This document shows positions 49,202-58,556 of a stretch of DNA of 64,000 nt, piece after piece. The notes beneath the pieces are model-generated. The model was given only the letters and a program-made list of their open reading frames with translations, did not search any database and was not told the origin of the DNA. Source of the DNA: a virus; IMG/VR virus record IMGVR_UViG_3300043392_000054, positions 32,001 to 96,000 of that record; one strand, given 5' to 3'. Made by a program: the position numbers and the translations under genes. Position 1 is the stretch's first letter. Each line of letters opens with the position of its first letter.

Positions 49202-49429
49202 ATGTCGAACGTAGATAAATTAACCAAAAAACTCCAAGTACTTTTAAGTGAAGAAGAAGTTTTTATATTGAATAGAATTATCTTAAATGATGCTCTAGAA
49301 AATCAAGAAAGACCAATCTCAATTTCAGCCTTTATAAGAGAATTAATTAGAAAGGAAATCGAAAGTCGTCCAGAAGGAGATAAAACCTGGAGTAGTGATA
49401 GAATTAATCAACTTAAATCAAAGAAATAA
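49202..49429 (+). CDS. Small ribbon-helix-helix-like protein
   Basis: KLQVLLSEEE ... SISAFIRELIRKEI, an Arc/MetJ/CopG-type pattern. Confidence 0.55.
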   Translation: MSNVDKLTKKLQVLLSEEEVFILNRIILNDALENQERPISISAFIRELIRKEIESRPEGDKTWSSDRINQLKSKK

Positions 49430-50373
49430 TGAATCAAGAAGAAAATCAAAATTTAGAGGAACAATACAAAAACATTGTAAATATGACAGAAGCTCAAAAT
49501 GAAGCACCTTTAAATTTAGGTAAGGTTGACATGTCAAAACATTCAACACAAAAGGCAGCAGACCCAGATACAGTTCTGGGATATTACACAATTGATATGG
49601 AAAATTTACCATCAGGTGGTAGATTTTATTCAGCCGATTCTGTAATATCGATTCGTTCAGCAAAAGTTGCTGAAATTAGACATTTTTCAACAGTTGACGA
49701 TAGCAACTTAATTGATATAGAAGAAAAATTAAACTATATCGTTAAATCATGTATTCGTTTTACTAGTAAATCTAAAGTTCTTTCTTATAAAGACATTTTA
49801 GAAGAAGACAGAGTTTTCTTATTACTTTCAATCAGAGACTTAACTTTTCCAGAGCCAGAAAACAAATTAACAGTTACTGCTAAAACAAAAGATGGCGAAG
49901 AGTTTGAGGCTGAAATTGCATCGAAGTATTTTCAATTATCAAGAATTCCTGATGATATTCAAAAATATTATGATGACAATACAAGAAGATTTGAAATTCA
50001 AACTAAATCCTTTGGTACAATTACAATGTGTCCACCAACTATTGGTGTTATGGAGGTTATTACTGACTATATTAGAGTTAGACAAACTGAAAGAAAACCA
50101 TGGGACCAATCATTCTTACAGATTTTACCCTATATTCAAAAAGATTGGAGAGGTTTTAATGAAGCTGCAATTTTTAAAGGTGAAGTTGAATTCCAAGCTT
50201 GGAATGAAAGAAAGTATATGTTAGTTTATAAGTTAGCTGAACAGATGAAAATTGGTGTACAACCTGAAATGTTAGTACAACACGAGGATGAGGAGGTACT
50301 CGTTCCTATCAGCTTTCGTGACGGAATCAAATCTCTTTTCATTATTCAAGATTTCTCTTCAGAACTTCTTTAA
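49429..50373 (+). CDS. Baseplate hub / tail assembly chaperone (gp26-like)
   Basis: LPSGGRFY, DILEEDRVFLLLSIR, ends ...DGIKSLF; upstream of the tape measure gene. Confidence 0.65.
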   Translation: MNQEENQNLEEQYKNIVNMTEAQNEAPLNLGKVDMSKHSTQKAADPDTVLGYYTIDMENLPSGGRFYSADSVISIRSAKVAEIRHFSTVDDSNLIDIEEKLNYIVKSCIRFTSKSKVLSYKDILEEDRVFLLLSIRDLTFPEPENKLTVTAKTKDGEEFEAEIASKYFQLSRIPDDIQKYYDDNTRRFEIQTKSFGTITMCPPTIGVMEVITDYIRVRQTERKPWDQSFLQILPYIQKDWRGFNEAAIFKGEVEFQAWNERKYMLVYKLAEQMKIGVQPEMLVQHEDEEVLVPISFRDGIKSLFIIQDFSSELL

Positions 50374-50587
50374 GACTAAGTTTTATATGATGTATCACTT
50401 GAAGTTACAACCTTCAGAAATTGATGCATTTGATTATTACGAATACCATTATTATATTAAAGATATGACAGAGGTATTAAAGAAACAAAAGGAGAATCAA
50501 GATAGTGAACAGCAACAACAGCCGAGCACTAAAATGCCAACCTTTAAGCAACCAAGCTTTAAAATGCCATCGATGCCTAAAAGATAG
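50288..50587 (+). CDS. gp51-like short chaperone ORF (true start uncertain; possibly reached by frameshift)
   Basis: SLQNFFKTKFYMMYHLKLQPSEID...YEY resembles gp51-like (L-x-NYYKTNF...HHK...EI...WE) peptides; overlaps the upstream ORF in the +1 frame. Confidence 0.6.
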   Translation: MRRYSFLSAFVTESNLFSLFKISLQNFFKTKFYMMYHLKLQPSEIDAFDYYEYHYYIKDMTEVLKKQKENQDSEQQQQPSTKMPTFKQPSFKMPSMPKR

Positions 50588-50618
50588 ATGGATATATACA
50601 AAAAAGAAATAGATTATT

Positions 50619-53396
50619 TTGAGTATTTTTAGAAGCCCTTTCGAAAAGCTTAGTTTAGAAAATCAACAAGAAATAGCAGATGCTGTCTGGATTACCGCAG
50701 AGTCGGTAATGCCAGGCGGTGCGCTATTTAATAAGGTTGATGAATTAATTAGGGCTGTAAAAAAACAATCTTCTGCAAGTAGTAAAGAAAGTTCATCAGG
50801 TTCTATGGGTTCTGCCATTATGATGAAACTTTTTGGTGGAAAGGCTATGTCAGCAATAGGAAAGGGTTTACAATTAATTGTAAAAGCTCTTAATTCTTTA
50901 AAAGGAACTGCTGAAGAAACTAAAGCTAAAATGGAGGCTATTGTAATTGGAGTAGATGCAATTGCAAAAATAGGTCCATCAATTCTTAAATTTGCGGGTT
51001 ATATGGCATTAGCAGCACCTTTATTAATCATAGGTGCTATTACTTCCCCTTTATTTGCACTTAGTGTATATTTAATTACAAAAGCTATTCAATTTGGAAC
51101 TAAGCCTTTAGCTGATGAAAAAACAAAGTTAGCTCTTGAAGGATTAAAAGATGTTGCAATAGCAATTTTAGCTTTAGGTGTTGCAATGGTTTTAGCTGTA
51201 CCATTATATGGATATGGTATTAAATCTCTTCCATATATAGCATTAACGTTAGTAGTTTTAGGAGGAGCATTTTTTGTATTAGATAAATTAGGAATTGCAG
51301 ATTCAATTAAGAAGGTTTCAATTGGTCTTATGTTTGCATCGGCCGCAATTGTAACTCTTTCGTTAGGTCTATTCTTTGCCTCTATGATTTTAGATGCTAT
51401 TCCAGATAAATGGACTACTTTATTTCAAGTTGCTGGAATAGTTTTAGCAGTTGGATTAATATTTTTTATTGTTGGTAAAGGAGCGGCTTCAATTATACAA
51501 GGCGCAATAGCAATGACTCTTGCCGTAATTCCAATTGCATTATTAGGATTATCTATTGGTTTATTCTCGGCAATGGTACCTCCAACTGAAGAAGGTTGGA
51601 TTATGTTAGCTCAAGTGGGCGCTGCATTATTAGGCATTGGAGCTTTAATGGCACTTGCAGGTACAGTAGCACCATTTATTTTAGCTGGTGCTGTTGCAAT
51701 GGGAGTAGCAGGATTAGCTCTTTTATTTATTGCAGGTGGAGTTGCAGCATTTGCTCAATTATTTAAAACAGGTGGATTAGAAAATTTATTAGCTGATTCA
51801 GGTCACGTAACTGATTCCTTTTTAGGCTTTGGCGGTGGTAGAATGATGTCCAAAATGGAATACTTTATGTATTCATTAGCTAATTCATTCTTATTAAATC
51901 CATTAGCTATTGCATCTATGTATGCTTCTGCTCCAGCTATGATTTTAGTAGGTCTTTCTTTATTAAGTGTTGCAAAGGGTATTGAAGCTTTTCAAAGACT
52001 TAAAATAAATTATGACGTTTTACCAAATCAAATAGAAAAAGTTACGACTGTTTTAGCTAATACATTTGGTAAAATTGGTTCTAAATTCCCAGGCGGTAGA
52101 AATTTCTTATCGTTTGTTGGCCTTGGCTCTCAATCTGCTGTAGCAGACGGTATAGATGCCGTATTAGGAATGGGTAATGCTTTAGGTTCTATTGCTGAAG
52201 GTTTAGTAGCAATGGCATCTTTAAAATTCCCGATTTATCAAGGCACTAAAATTGTTGGTTATAAAACTATGACTAGTGATACCTTTACTAAAGTATCAGT
52301 AAATGCAAGCATGATAACCAATGTATTAGCTGATGTATTTGGAGAAATTGGAAGAAAGTATCCAGGTGGTAGAAACTTATTTGGTCTGGGTTCAGGTCAA
52401 TCTGACGTTGTTGATGGAGTTAATGCTGTTACAGGTATGGGAGATGCTGTAGCTGAAATAGCGAAAGGTGCTCAATTAATGGCAGACCTAAAATTCCCAG
52501 TTTATGATAGTAACGGGAAAATTGTAAGCTATCATTCTTTAGATGCAAATGCTTTACAAAGAATCAAAACTAATACTCAAAGTTTAGCATTGGGCTTTAC
52601 AGCAGTGTTCGGTTCTATTGGTAAAAGCCCAGATGCTGAAGATAGTTGGGGTTGGTTTGGTAAATCTAATATTGAAAGAGGTATTTCATTAGTAGAAGAT
52701 TTTTCAAACCCTATTCATAAATTAGTTCAAACTGCAACTTTAATTGTTTCTAATAAATTAGACCCTGCAGCTTTAAAATCTAAAATTACAGGTATAATAG
52801 ATGCATTTACAACAGCTTATGCTAAAGTTGGAACTGCCAAAGAAGTAGATGCAGGTTTAGTATCGTTAACAGGTTTATTAGCTGATAATTTAAAGAGAGT
52901 AAGTGATAATGCAAATGGCTTTAGTAGATTTGTTGACAGTTATGGTAGATATGTAAATCACTTTGTTAAATTTAAAGATACTGTAAATCAATTCGATAAA
53001 GAGAATTTAAAATTAACAAATGAATTATTCCAAGGTTTAACATATTTAACTAAGACCGATGACGCTATCGAAAAAATGGGAGAACAATTAGTTTCTGCTA
53101 TTGATAAATTAGCAACAATGATTGAAGAAGCCAAAACAACAATTACAGCTTCTGGTGAAAAGCAAGCCGGCGTTATGGAAACAGTTGGAAATGCTGTTAC
53201 AACTGGTATGAATACTGTTAAAGGAGCATTAGGCGTAACACCTGATACTCCAGCCACAAAAGACCCTAAAGCAAAAGACCCTAAGGGAGCAACACCTGCC
53301 GCAAGTACAAATGTTGATGGATTAATTGCTTCAATGAATGAATTAATTGCAAGATTAGATAGTTCTGCAAATCCTATTAGAGTTAGACAAGTTTAA
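50619..53396 (+). CDS. Tape measure protein
   Basis: 925 aa, long Ala/Gly-rich hydrophobic helical stretch, follows the chaperone genes; TTG start; GATATATA at 50591. Confidence 0.75.
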   Translation: MSIFRSPFEKLSLENQQEIADAVWITAESVMPGGALFNKVDELIRAVKKQSSASSKESSSGSMGSAIMMKLFGGKAMSAIGKGLQLIVKALNSLKGTAEETKAKMEAIVIGVDAIAKIGPSILKFAGYMALAAPLLIIGAITSPLFALSVYLITKAIQFGTKPLADEKTKLALEGLKDVAIAILALGVAMVLAVPLYGYGIKSLPYIALTLVVLGGAFFVLDKLGIADSIKKVSIGLMFASAAIVTLSLGLFFASMILDAIPDKWTTLFQVAGIVLAVGLIFFIVGKGAASIIQGAIAMTLAVIPIALLGLSIGLFSAMVPPTEEGWIMLAQVGAALLGIGALMALAGTVAPFILAGAVAMGVAGLALLFIAGGVAAFAQLFKTGGLENLLADSGHVTDSFLGFGGGRMMSKMEYFMYSLANSFLLNPLAIASMYASAPAMILVGLSLLSVAKGIEAFQRLKINYDVLPNQIEKVTTVLANTFGKIGSKFPGGRNFLSFVGLGSQSAVADGIDAVLGMGNALGSIAEGLVAMASLKFPIYQGTKIVGYKTMTSDTFTKVSVNASMITNVLADVFGEIGRKYPGGRNLFGLGSGQSDVVDGVNAVTGMGDAVAEIAKGAQLMADLKFPVYDSNGKIVSYHSLDANALQRIKTNTQSLALGFTAVFGSIGKSPDAEDSWGWFGKSNIERGISLVEDFSNPIHKLVQTATLIVSNKLDPAALKSKITGIIDAFTTAYAKVGTAKEVDAGLVSLTGLLADNLKRVSDNANGFSRFVDSYGRYVNHFVKFKDTVNQFDKENLKLTNELFQGLTYLTKTDDAIEKMGEQLVSAIDKLATMIEEAKTTITASGEKQAGVMETVGNAVTTGMNTVKGALGVTPDTPATKDPKAKDPKGATPAASTNVDGLIASMNELIARLDSSANPIRVRQV
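52060..52640 (+). repeat. About 90-aa internal tandem repeat in the tape measure protein
   Basis: FGKIGSKFPGGRN...DGIDAVLGMG...LKFPIY versus FGEIGRKYPGGRN...DGVNAVTGMG...LKFPVY, plus a partial third copy (FGSIGK). Confidence 0.75.
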
Positions 53397-53407
53397 ATCA
53401 GCTATAT

Positions 53408-54349
53408 ATGAAAGGCGTTCATGTTAATTGGACTCGGCCATTTTTTGAAAGACATCGTTTAAGAGGTCATGGTTTCAAAATACAAAGAGAGTTACAGGAT
53501 TCATATACTCAACCAACTTATCAAATTCTTTATACTATTTTATCAATATTAAGATGGAAACAATTTAACGGGCCCATTAAATTATACACTGACACAATAG
53601 GTTTACAATTCTATAAATCTATTGGAATTGATAAACTATATGATGAAATCAATACCGAGATTTTAGATAATTACACTGAAATTGATGCTGCTCATTTTTG
53701 GACTTCAGGCAAAATTCATTGTCTACAATTTGAAACTGAACCGTTTACATTTTTAGACCAAGATTTTATAGTTAGAGGTAAAATACCAAGTCATTCAACT
53801 GATATTGCTATAGGCCATTGGGAAATACCTAGAGGTTATTATTATTTTACAAGAGAACAATTTGATAGAGAAGTAAGTCATTATAAACTACCGGATGATT
53901 ATAATCCTAACGCATGGATTCCTAATACTTCGTTTATGCAAATTAATAATATAGAAGTTATTAAGAATTATGTTGAAGAACATAAAAAGATGGTAAGTAC
54001 TAATGAAGATGTACCCGAATGGTTTTGGTTGCTAACTGACCAGGGTGTATTAGGTCATACTATAAGACATTTTAATTATTCCGTAGATTCTTTAACAGAT
54101 AAAATATTTTTAAGCGACTCAGACTATGGGAATGAATCCACGAGAGCACAAGGCCTTTCAGAGGCTTGGTATTATCCAATGAATGCTAATTTAGACAAAG
54201 ATTCTTTAGAATGGGAGCATGTTTGGTTAGCAAAAGTAGTCTATGGTTTAAATCCTGATTTTTTAGCACAAGATATAAAAAGATTTAGAGATGAAATTTG
54301 GCATGTGTTTCCAGAACATCGAGAATTGTTGCTGATAAATAACTTATGA
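53408..54349 (+). CDS. GT-A-like nucleotide-sugar transferase (DUF6734-like)
   Basis: LYTD, FWTSGKI, FLDQDF (DxD). Confidence 0.55.
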   Translation: MKGVHVNWTRPFFERHRLRGHGFKIQRELQDSYTQPTYQILYTILSILRWKQFNGPIKLYTDTIGLQFYKSIGIDKLYDEINTEILDNYTEIDAAHFWTSGKIHCLQFETEPFTFLDQDFIVRGKIPSHSTDIAIGHWEIPRGYYYFTREQFDREVSHYKLPDDYNPNAWIPNTSFMQINNIEVIKNYVEEHKKMVSTNEDVPEWFWLLTDQGVLGHTIRHFNYSVDSLTDKIFLSDSDYGNESTRAQGLSEAWYYPMNANLDKDSLEWEHVWLAKVVYGLNPDFLAQDIKRFRDEIWHVFPEHRELLLINNL

Positions 54350-55122
54350 TACCTATAATTAGAGTGTTTTGGGGTTCTCAAGAATCTATATGGAATGAAG
54401 TACCATTAAATCCTTTATTTGACGAAGAACTAGTTATAGTTTGGGGCATTGAAAATGAGGATAGATTCAAATCAATGGGCTATAAAACATATTTAATGGC
54501 TAGAACTGAAAGTGAACCTGAATTTAGTACTATTTGGGACCATTTTGCTCATAAGTTAATGGCTCTTAAAGTCGCTGAAGACCTATATGAAGAGTATTTG
54601 TTTTTAGATTGGGATGTACAAATAGTTAAACCATTAGATTTTCATTTTTGGAATTTAATTAAAAATGGAAAAGCAGTTCAATGTCCTTTATATGCTTATC
54701 CACTAAATTATGAAAAATCAGTTATTAATTTAATAGATTCTACACCTGAAAAAAATTGGGACCCTAATTTAAAACCCTGGTTACGTAAACAGATTCAAAC
54801 CTTAAATTTATATCATTGGAGTTTAGATAATTTATTAGTAGTGCCTAATTTTTGTTTCTTTTATTCAAGAAGGTCTGAGATTATGAATAATTTACTCCAC
54901 ATATATAAAAAATTAGAAATTAAAACTTGTATTGAAGAGTTTTCATTTTTAGTTTGGGCTAATTGTAATATGGATGAATATATTTTAAAATATGAACCAT
55001 CAGTTATAGATGGTCGACCAGATGAATATAGTCATTTTGATATACAATCTAACGTGTCTAAGCAGATTAATCAATACACTAGAAAATTTATTAATAAAGA
55101 TATTTACTTAAAGCATATATAA
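54346..55122 (+). CDS. Second GT-A-like protein
   Basis: HKLMALK...LFLDWDV (DxD), PNFCFFY; similar layout to the upstream ORF. Confidence 0.5.
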   Translation: MIPIIRVFWGSQESIWNEVPLNPLFDEELVIVWGIENEDRFKSMGYKTYLMARTESEPEFSTIWDHFAHKLMALKVAEDLYEEYLFLDWDVQIVKPLDFHFWNLIKNGKAVQCPLYAYPLNYEKSVINLIDSTPEKNWDPNLKPWLRKQIQTLNLYHWSLDNLLVVPNFCFFYSRRSEIMNNLLHIYKKLEIKTCIEEFSFLVWANCNMDEYILKYEPSVIDGRPDEYSHFDIQSNVSKQINQYTRKFINKDIYLKHI

Positions 55123-55833
55123 ATGTATTTTAAAAAACCATTAATAGATACGGATACTCCAGATATTAAATATTTGGCTCCAATTCCAGTTTATCAACAT
55201 CAGTTTGAAGATGATGAGTTCCATAAGAGGGTTTATGATTTTGGATTTAATTATCTAGATGAAAAACAACGTTTAATGGGACAAGAATTACCAGGTCAAT
55301 TTGATACTGAAAGACAAGAAAACTTTCAGGTTTGGTATGACCGACAAGATGAATGGGTTGAAGAAAATGAATTACAACCAATTGGTAGTAGATTTTGGAC
55401 ACCGCCTAATGATTTTCTAGAGGTTGATAACCCAGATGTTAAAATAATTAGGGATAGAATTGAACAAGGTTATTTATACCTAATAGAATCTTTAGGCTAT
55501 ACACACAATTCAAAACCAATAATCACTGAAAGCTGGATGCAATACTATGACCCATATAGTGGTCGTGGTCACAATGCACATAATCATTGCAGATGGAGCC
55601 CTGATGAGGCAAAACCAATGATGTTTTCTGGTGGCTATTATTTATCAGATGGTCAACCTATTAAAGACCATCCGTATTCTGGAGTTTTTGCATTTCATAT
55701 TAGAGGTATGAAACACTTTATAAGACCTAAAAGAGGTATGCTAATTATTTGGCCTTATGATATTGTGCATTCGGTAGAACCATTTTATGGAGCCGAGCAT
55801 AGATGTGTAATAAATTTTAATATTCAAATATAA
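55123..55833 (+). CDS. 2OG-Fe(II) oxygenase (TIGR02466-like)
   Basis: SWMQYY, HNAHNH, FSGGYY, GMLIIWPYDIVHSV, RCVINFN. Confidence 0.8.
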   Translation: MYFKKPLIDTDTPDIKYLAPIPVYQHQFEDDEFHKRVYDFGFNYLDEKQRLMGQELPGQFDTERQENFQVWYDRQDEWVEENELQPIGSRFWTPPNDFLEVDNPDVKIIRDRIEQGYLYLIESLGYTHNSKPIITESWMQYYDPYSGRGHNAHNHCRWSPDEAKPMMFSGGYYLSDGQPIKDHPYSGVFAFHIRGMKHFIRPKRGMLIIWPYDIVHSVEPFYGAEHRCVINFNIQI

Positions 55834-55837
55834 TTTT

Positions 55838-55865
55838 GAAACAAAATAGTTTATCCTGGTATAAT
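55838..55865 (+). promoter_or_regulatory. Putative middle promoter for the tRNA
   Basis: GAAAC-N17-TATAAT; GATATATA also at 55881. Confidence 0.6.
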
Positions 55866-55906
55866 TAAAGTAATTAATCAGATATATAGATTAGTTACTT
55901 AAACTA

Positions 55907-55991
55907 GGAGAGTTGGCAGAGCGGTCGAACGCGTCGGTCTTGAAAACCGAAGACTGTAACAGGTCCGGGGGTTCGAATCCCTCACTCTCCT
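55907..55991 (+). tRNA. tRNA-Ser(TGA), CCA not encoded
   Basis: Acceptor GGAGAGT/ACTCTCC, anticodon arm TCGGT-CTTGAAA-ACCGA, long variable arm, GGGGG-TTCGAAT-CCCTC T arm; followed by TCAGG. Confidence 0.93.
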
Positions 55992-55992
55992 C

Positions 55993-56021
55993 AGGACTTA
56001 ATGAAAATTAAGTCCTTTTTT
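55993..56021 (+). terminator. Terminator right after the tRNA
   Basis: AGGACTTAA-TGAAAA-TTAAGTCCT plus a T run. Confidence 0.8.
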
Positions 56022-56120
56022 ATTTAAAGTGGTGCCACACTTAAAAGAGGTCCTGAGTCAATAATGGCTTTAGAATTGTTGCAAAGCAATAAAAGGATTT
56101 TAATAAAACAAATAAGCACT

Positions 56121-56924
56121 ATGAGTACAAATAAACCAAGCGCACATATTGCGCTTAACAACAATCGTCTTAAGGCGTATGCCGATGTCATCTATCTTAA
56201 AGATGGCGATGAGTTTCAAATCGAACTCTTTAATCCTTGTCAAGTCTCAGTACTTGCAAAAATTTACATCAACGATAATCTAATTTCTACATCTGGTATG
56301 TTAATCAGACCAGGCCAAAGATATTTTTTAGAGCGTTATATTGATGATAATAAAAAATTTAAGTTCAATACTTATACCGTAGATTCGGGTACTACACCTG
56401 AAGTTTTAGAATCAATTAAGAAAAATGGTTCAATTCGCGTTGATTTTTATAGAGAATATGTTCCTACTCCAATTTTTGACTATAAAAATATTTGGCAAAC
56501 TGGTACAGCAGCTCCAATTAATATCTTTAAATCAAACGATATAAATTATAGTTATTATAATTCTATAAATTATGATTCTGTAAAGAGTTCCGGCACCTTA
56601 ACTTCATCTACATACAATTCAGTTAATACCTCTAATACAAGTGGTATTAATACTAAAATTATTGGTAATGGATTTCATGTTGATAATGTTGAAAAATCAG
56701 TAGAAACTGGTAGAATTGAAGGTGGGTCAAAATCATCTCAAACATTTAGTACAATTAAATCTGATTTTGAACAAATTGCATGTGCAACTTCAGAATGGAA
56801 AATTTTACCAGATTCTCATCGTCCAATTGAGGTTAAGGAGATTAGAAATTATTGTTCTAATTGTGGAACCAGAATGAAGAAACAAAGTTGGAAGTTTTGC
56901 CCTAATTGTGGTGAAAAATTATAA
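56121..56924 (+). CDS. Hypothetical protein with C-terminal double-CxxC zinc ribbon
   Basis: CSNCG...FCPNCG; start placed at MSTNK. Confidence 0.65.
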   Translation: MSTNKPSAHIALNNNRLKAYADVIYLKDGDEFQIELFNPCQVSVLAKIYINDNLISTSGMLIRPGQRYFLERYIDDNKKFKFNTYTVDSGTTPEVLESIKKNGSIRVDFYREYVPTPIFDYKNIWQTGTAAPINIFKSNDINYSYYNSINYDSVKSSGTLTSSTYNSVNTSNTSGINTKIIGNGFHVDNVEKSVETGRIEGGSKSSQTFSTIKSDFEQIACATSEWKILPDSHRPIEVKEIRNYCSNCGTRMKKQSWKFCPNCGEKL

Positions 56925-56936
56925 TAAATAATAGTG

Positions 56937-57521
56937 ATGGCACCACTTAAATTTATTCTACTCTCTTCTTTTTTATTTTTAGGACTCAATTTCCCAGATA
57001 CTGTATTAGTTAAAAATGATGTTTATTCAATTGAATATTCTGAAAAGCTAGAACAACCTGTTAATATTGAATATACCGTAGATTGTTCTCATGCATCGGG
57101 TATAATTTATTCTAGATTTGGTATGAACTTTTATACTGAAAAAGGAATTAAAACATCTGATGATAATGATTACAAAAGTAATATTTGGGATAGAGGTCAC
57201 ATGGCACCAGCTGCAGATTTTAGCTGTGATTTAGATAAATTAAAGAAAACGTTTTCATATGTTAATTGTGCATTACAACATAAAGACCTAAATAGAGGAG
57301 CATGGAAAGACTTAGAAGAATATGAAAGAGAACTTGCATTTAAGTCTATAGTAAGTATTAAGATACAAGTAGAATTTAATCAAAGTAAAACATTAAGCAC
57401 AGGAGCAACTATTCCATCAGGATTTACAAAAACTATTTTCATAAACGGTAAATTTTACCAATCTTATTATTTTCCAAATAGCAAACCCATTCAATCTTTT
57501 GAAAAATATTTAGTAAAATAA
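56937..57521 (+). CDS. Sugar-nonspecific DNA/RNA endonuclease (NucA/EndA family) with signal peptide
   Basis: DRGHMAPAADF, ALQHKDLNRGAW, IPSGF; hydrophobic N-terminus. Confidence 0.88.
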   Translation: MAPLKFILLSSFLFLGLNFPDTVLVKNDVYSIEYSEKLEQPVNIEYTVDCSHASGIIYSRFGMNFYTEKGIKTSDDNDYKSNIWDRGHMAPAADFSCDLDKLKKTFSYVNCALQHKDLNRGAWKDLEEYERELAFKSIVSIKIQVEFNQSKTLSTGATIPSGFTKTIFINGKFYQSYYFPNSKPIQSFEKYLVK

Positions 57522-57539
57522 TTGCTCAAATATTTTTTA

Positions 57540-57564
57540 TTGTCTAGGTTTTTTAGTAGATTTA
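57540..57564 (+). promoter_or_regulatory. Early / host-sigma-type promoter
   Basis: TTGTC-N12-TAGATTTA. Confidence 0.65.
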
Positions 57565-57594
57565 CAGTATACTAATAATTAAACCAACAATATT

Positions 57595-57936
57595 ATGTCA
57601 ATTAAAGCACGTTTACTTGGATTAAAAGAGGTTACTTCGCAAACTCAAGCTAATAATGGTACAGTTTGTTATTATGACCCTATCACAAAATGTGATTACA
57701 TAAGCTATGAAAGCGGTTATGTTCGTCGTAAATATTCTGCTAAACATTGGAGAACTGGTAGAACTATCTTTACAATGTATCAATTAAATAAAACTCGTAC
57801 AGTACAACGTGAATTAAGTTGGATTCCAGGTAAACTAGTTGATTGCACTGAGCGTATTTTGGAAATGGATGCAGATAAACGCATGGATATTATTTGTCGA
57901 GCAGCTGTAAATTATCGTAAACACCTTAGTAAATAA
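57595..57936 (+). CDS. Early hypothetical protein
   Basis: ORF directly after an early-type promoter. Confidence 0.65.
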   Translation: MSIKARLLGLKEVTSQTQANNGTVCYYDPITKCDYISYESGYVRRKYSAKHWRTGRTIFTMYQLNKTRTVQRELSWIPGKLVDCTERILEMDADKRMDIICRAAVNYRKHLSK

Positions 57937-57940
57937 TAAG

Positions 57941-58279
57941 ATGGATATTTTTGAAATACCACAAGAGAATCCACATGGCTTTTTTGCAATGCTAACCTTA
58001 AACAATACAACATATGTTTGTCCAGGTTGGCACAAAGTTCCATTAGGCACAAAGCGCGAACAGATTAAGTTAATTAATTTAAATCCAACTCCAATTCAAA
58101 CAGTAAAACCAACATCTTTACAAAAAGTTTTTAAGGTAGAAGGTTCTAAACAAGGTGTAATATATGATGTTAAAGTTTTTAATGGTAATTGGACTTGTAA
58201 TTGTCCAGCTTCTAAATGGAGTAGAAGTGAATGCAAGCACATTAGAAAATTAAAAGAATCTGAAAAAATAAACGCTTAA
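57941..58279 (+). CDS. SWIM zinc-finger protein
   Basis: WTCNCPA...ECKH (CxC...CxH). Confidence 0.75.
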   Translation: MDIFEIPQENPHGFFAMLTLNNTTYVCPGWHKVPLGTKREQIKLINLNPTPIQTVKPTSLQKVFKVEGSKQGVIYDVKVFNGNWTCNCPASKWSRSECKHIRKLKESEKINA

Positions 58280-58289
58280 ATATTTTTTA

Positions 58290-58314
58290 TTGTCAGAAAA
58301 ATTGATTAGATTTA
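58290..58314 (+). promoter_or_regulatory. Early / host-sigma-type promoter
   Basis: TTGTC-N12-TAGATTTA. Confidence 0.65.
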
Positions 58315-58332
58315 CAGTATAACAAAAAAGAT

Positions 58333-58551
58333 ATGAAAAACACAATCGTAACCTTATTAGACAAAAAAGAAGAACTTGAACATTCTTTAGCAGAAACACG
58401 CAAATTCTTAGAAGAAGGCGGTTTTAAATTATTTGCAGTATTTAATGGCACTCTAGTTAAAACTATTGATATGATGTCTCAAGACTTAGAGAAAATCAAT
58501 GAAGAATTAAGAGAAGCTATACAAGATGTAGACACTTACGAATGTATCTAA
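58333..58551 (+). CDS. Early hypothetical protein
   Basis: 72-aa ORF after an early promoter. Confidence 0.6.
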   Translation: MKNTIVTLLDKKEELEHSLAETRKFLEEGGFKLFAVFNGTLVKTIDMMSQDLEKINEELREAIQDVDTYECI

Positions 58552-58556
58552 AAAAT

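Noticed and set aside
9630-50224. Alternative-frame ORFs nested in real genes (9630, 10985, 24568, 34164, 49418, 49892)
   Set aside because: No motifs or initiation context; fully overlapped by recognisable genes.
50329-50373. Canonical -1 X XXY YYZ slippery site at the tail chaperone
   Set aside because: The downstream ORF is in the +1 frame and no such heptamer is present; kept only as a +1/-2 candidate.
56064-56120. Upstream extension of the zinc-ribbon ORF (MALELLQ...)
   Set aside because: The ATG at 56121 has the A-rich leader typical of this genome; the extension overlaps a likely structured UTR.
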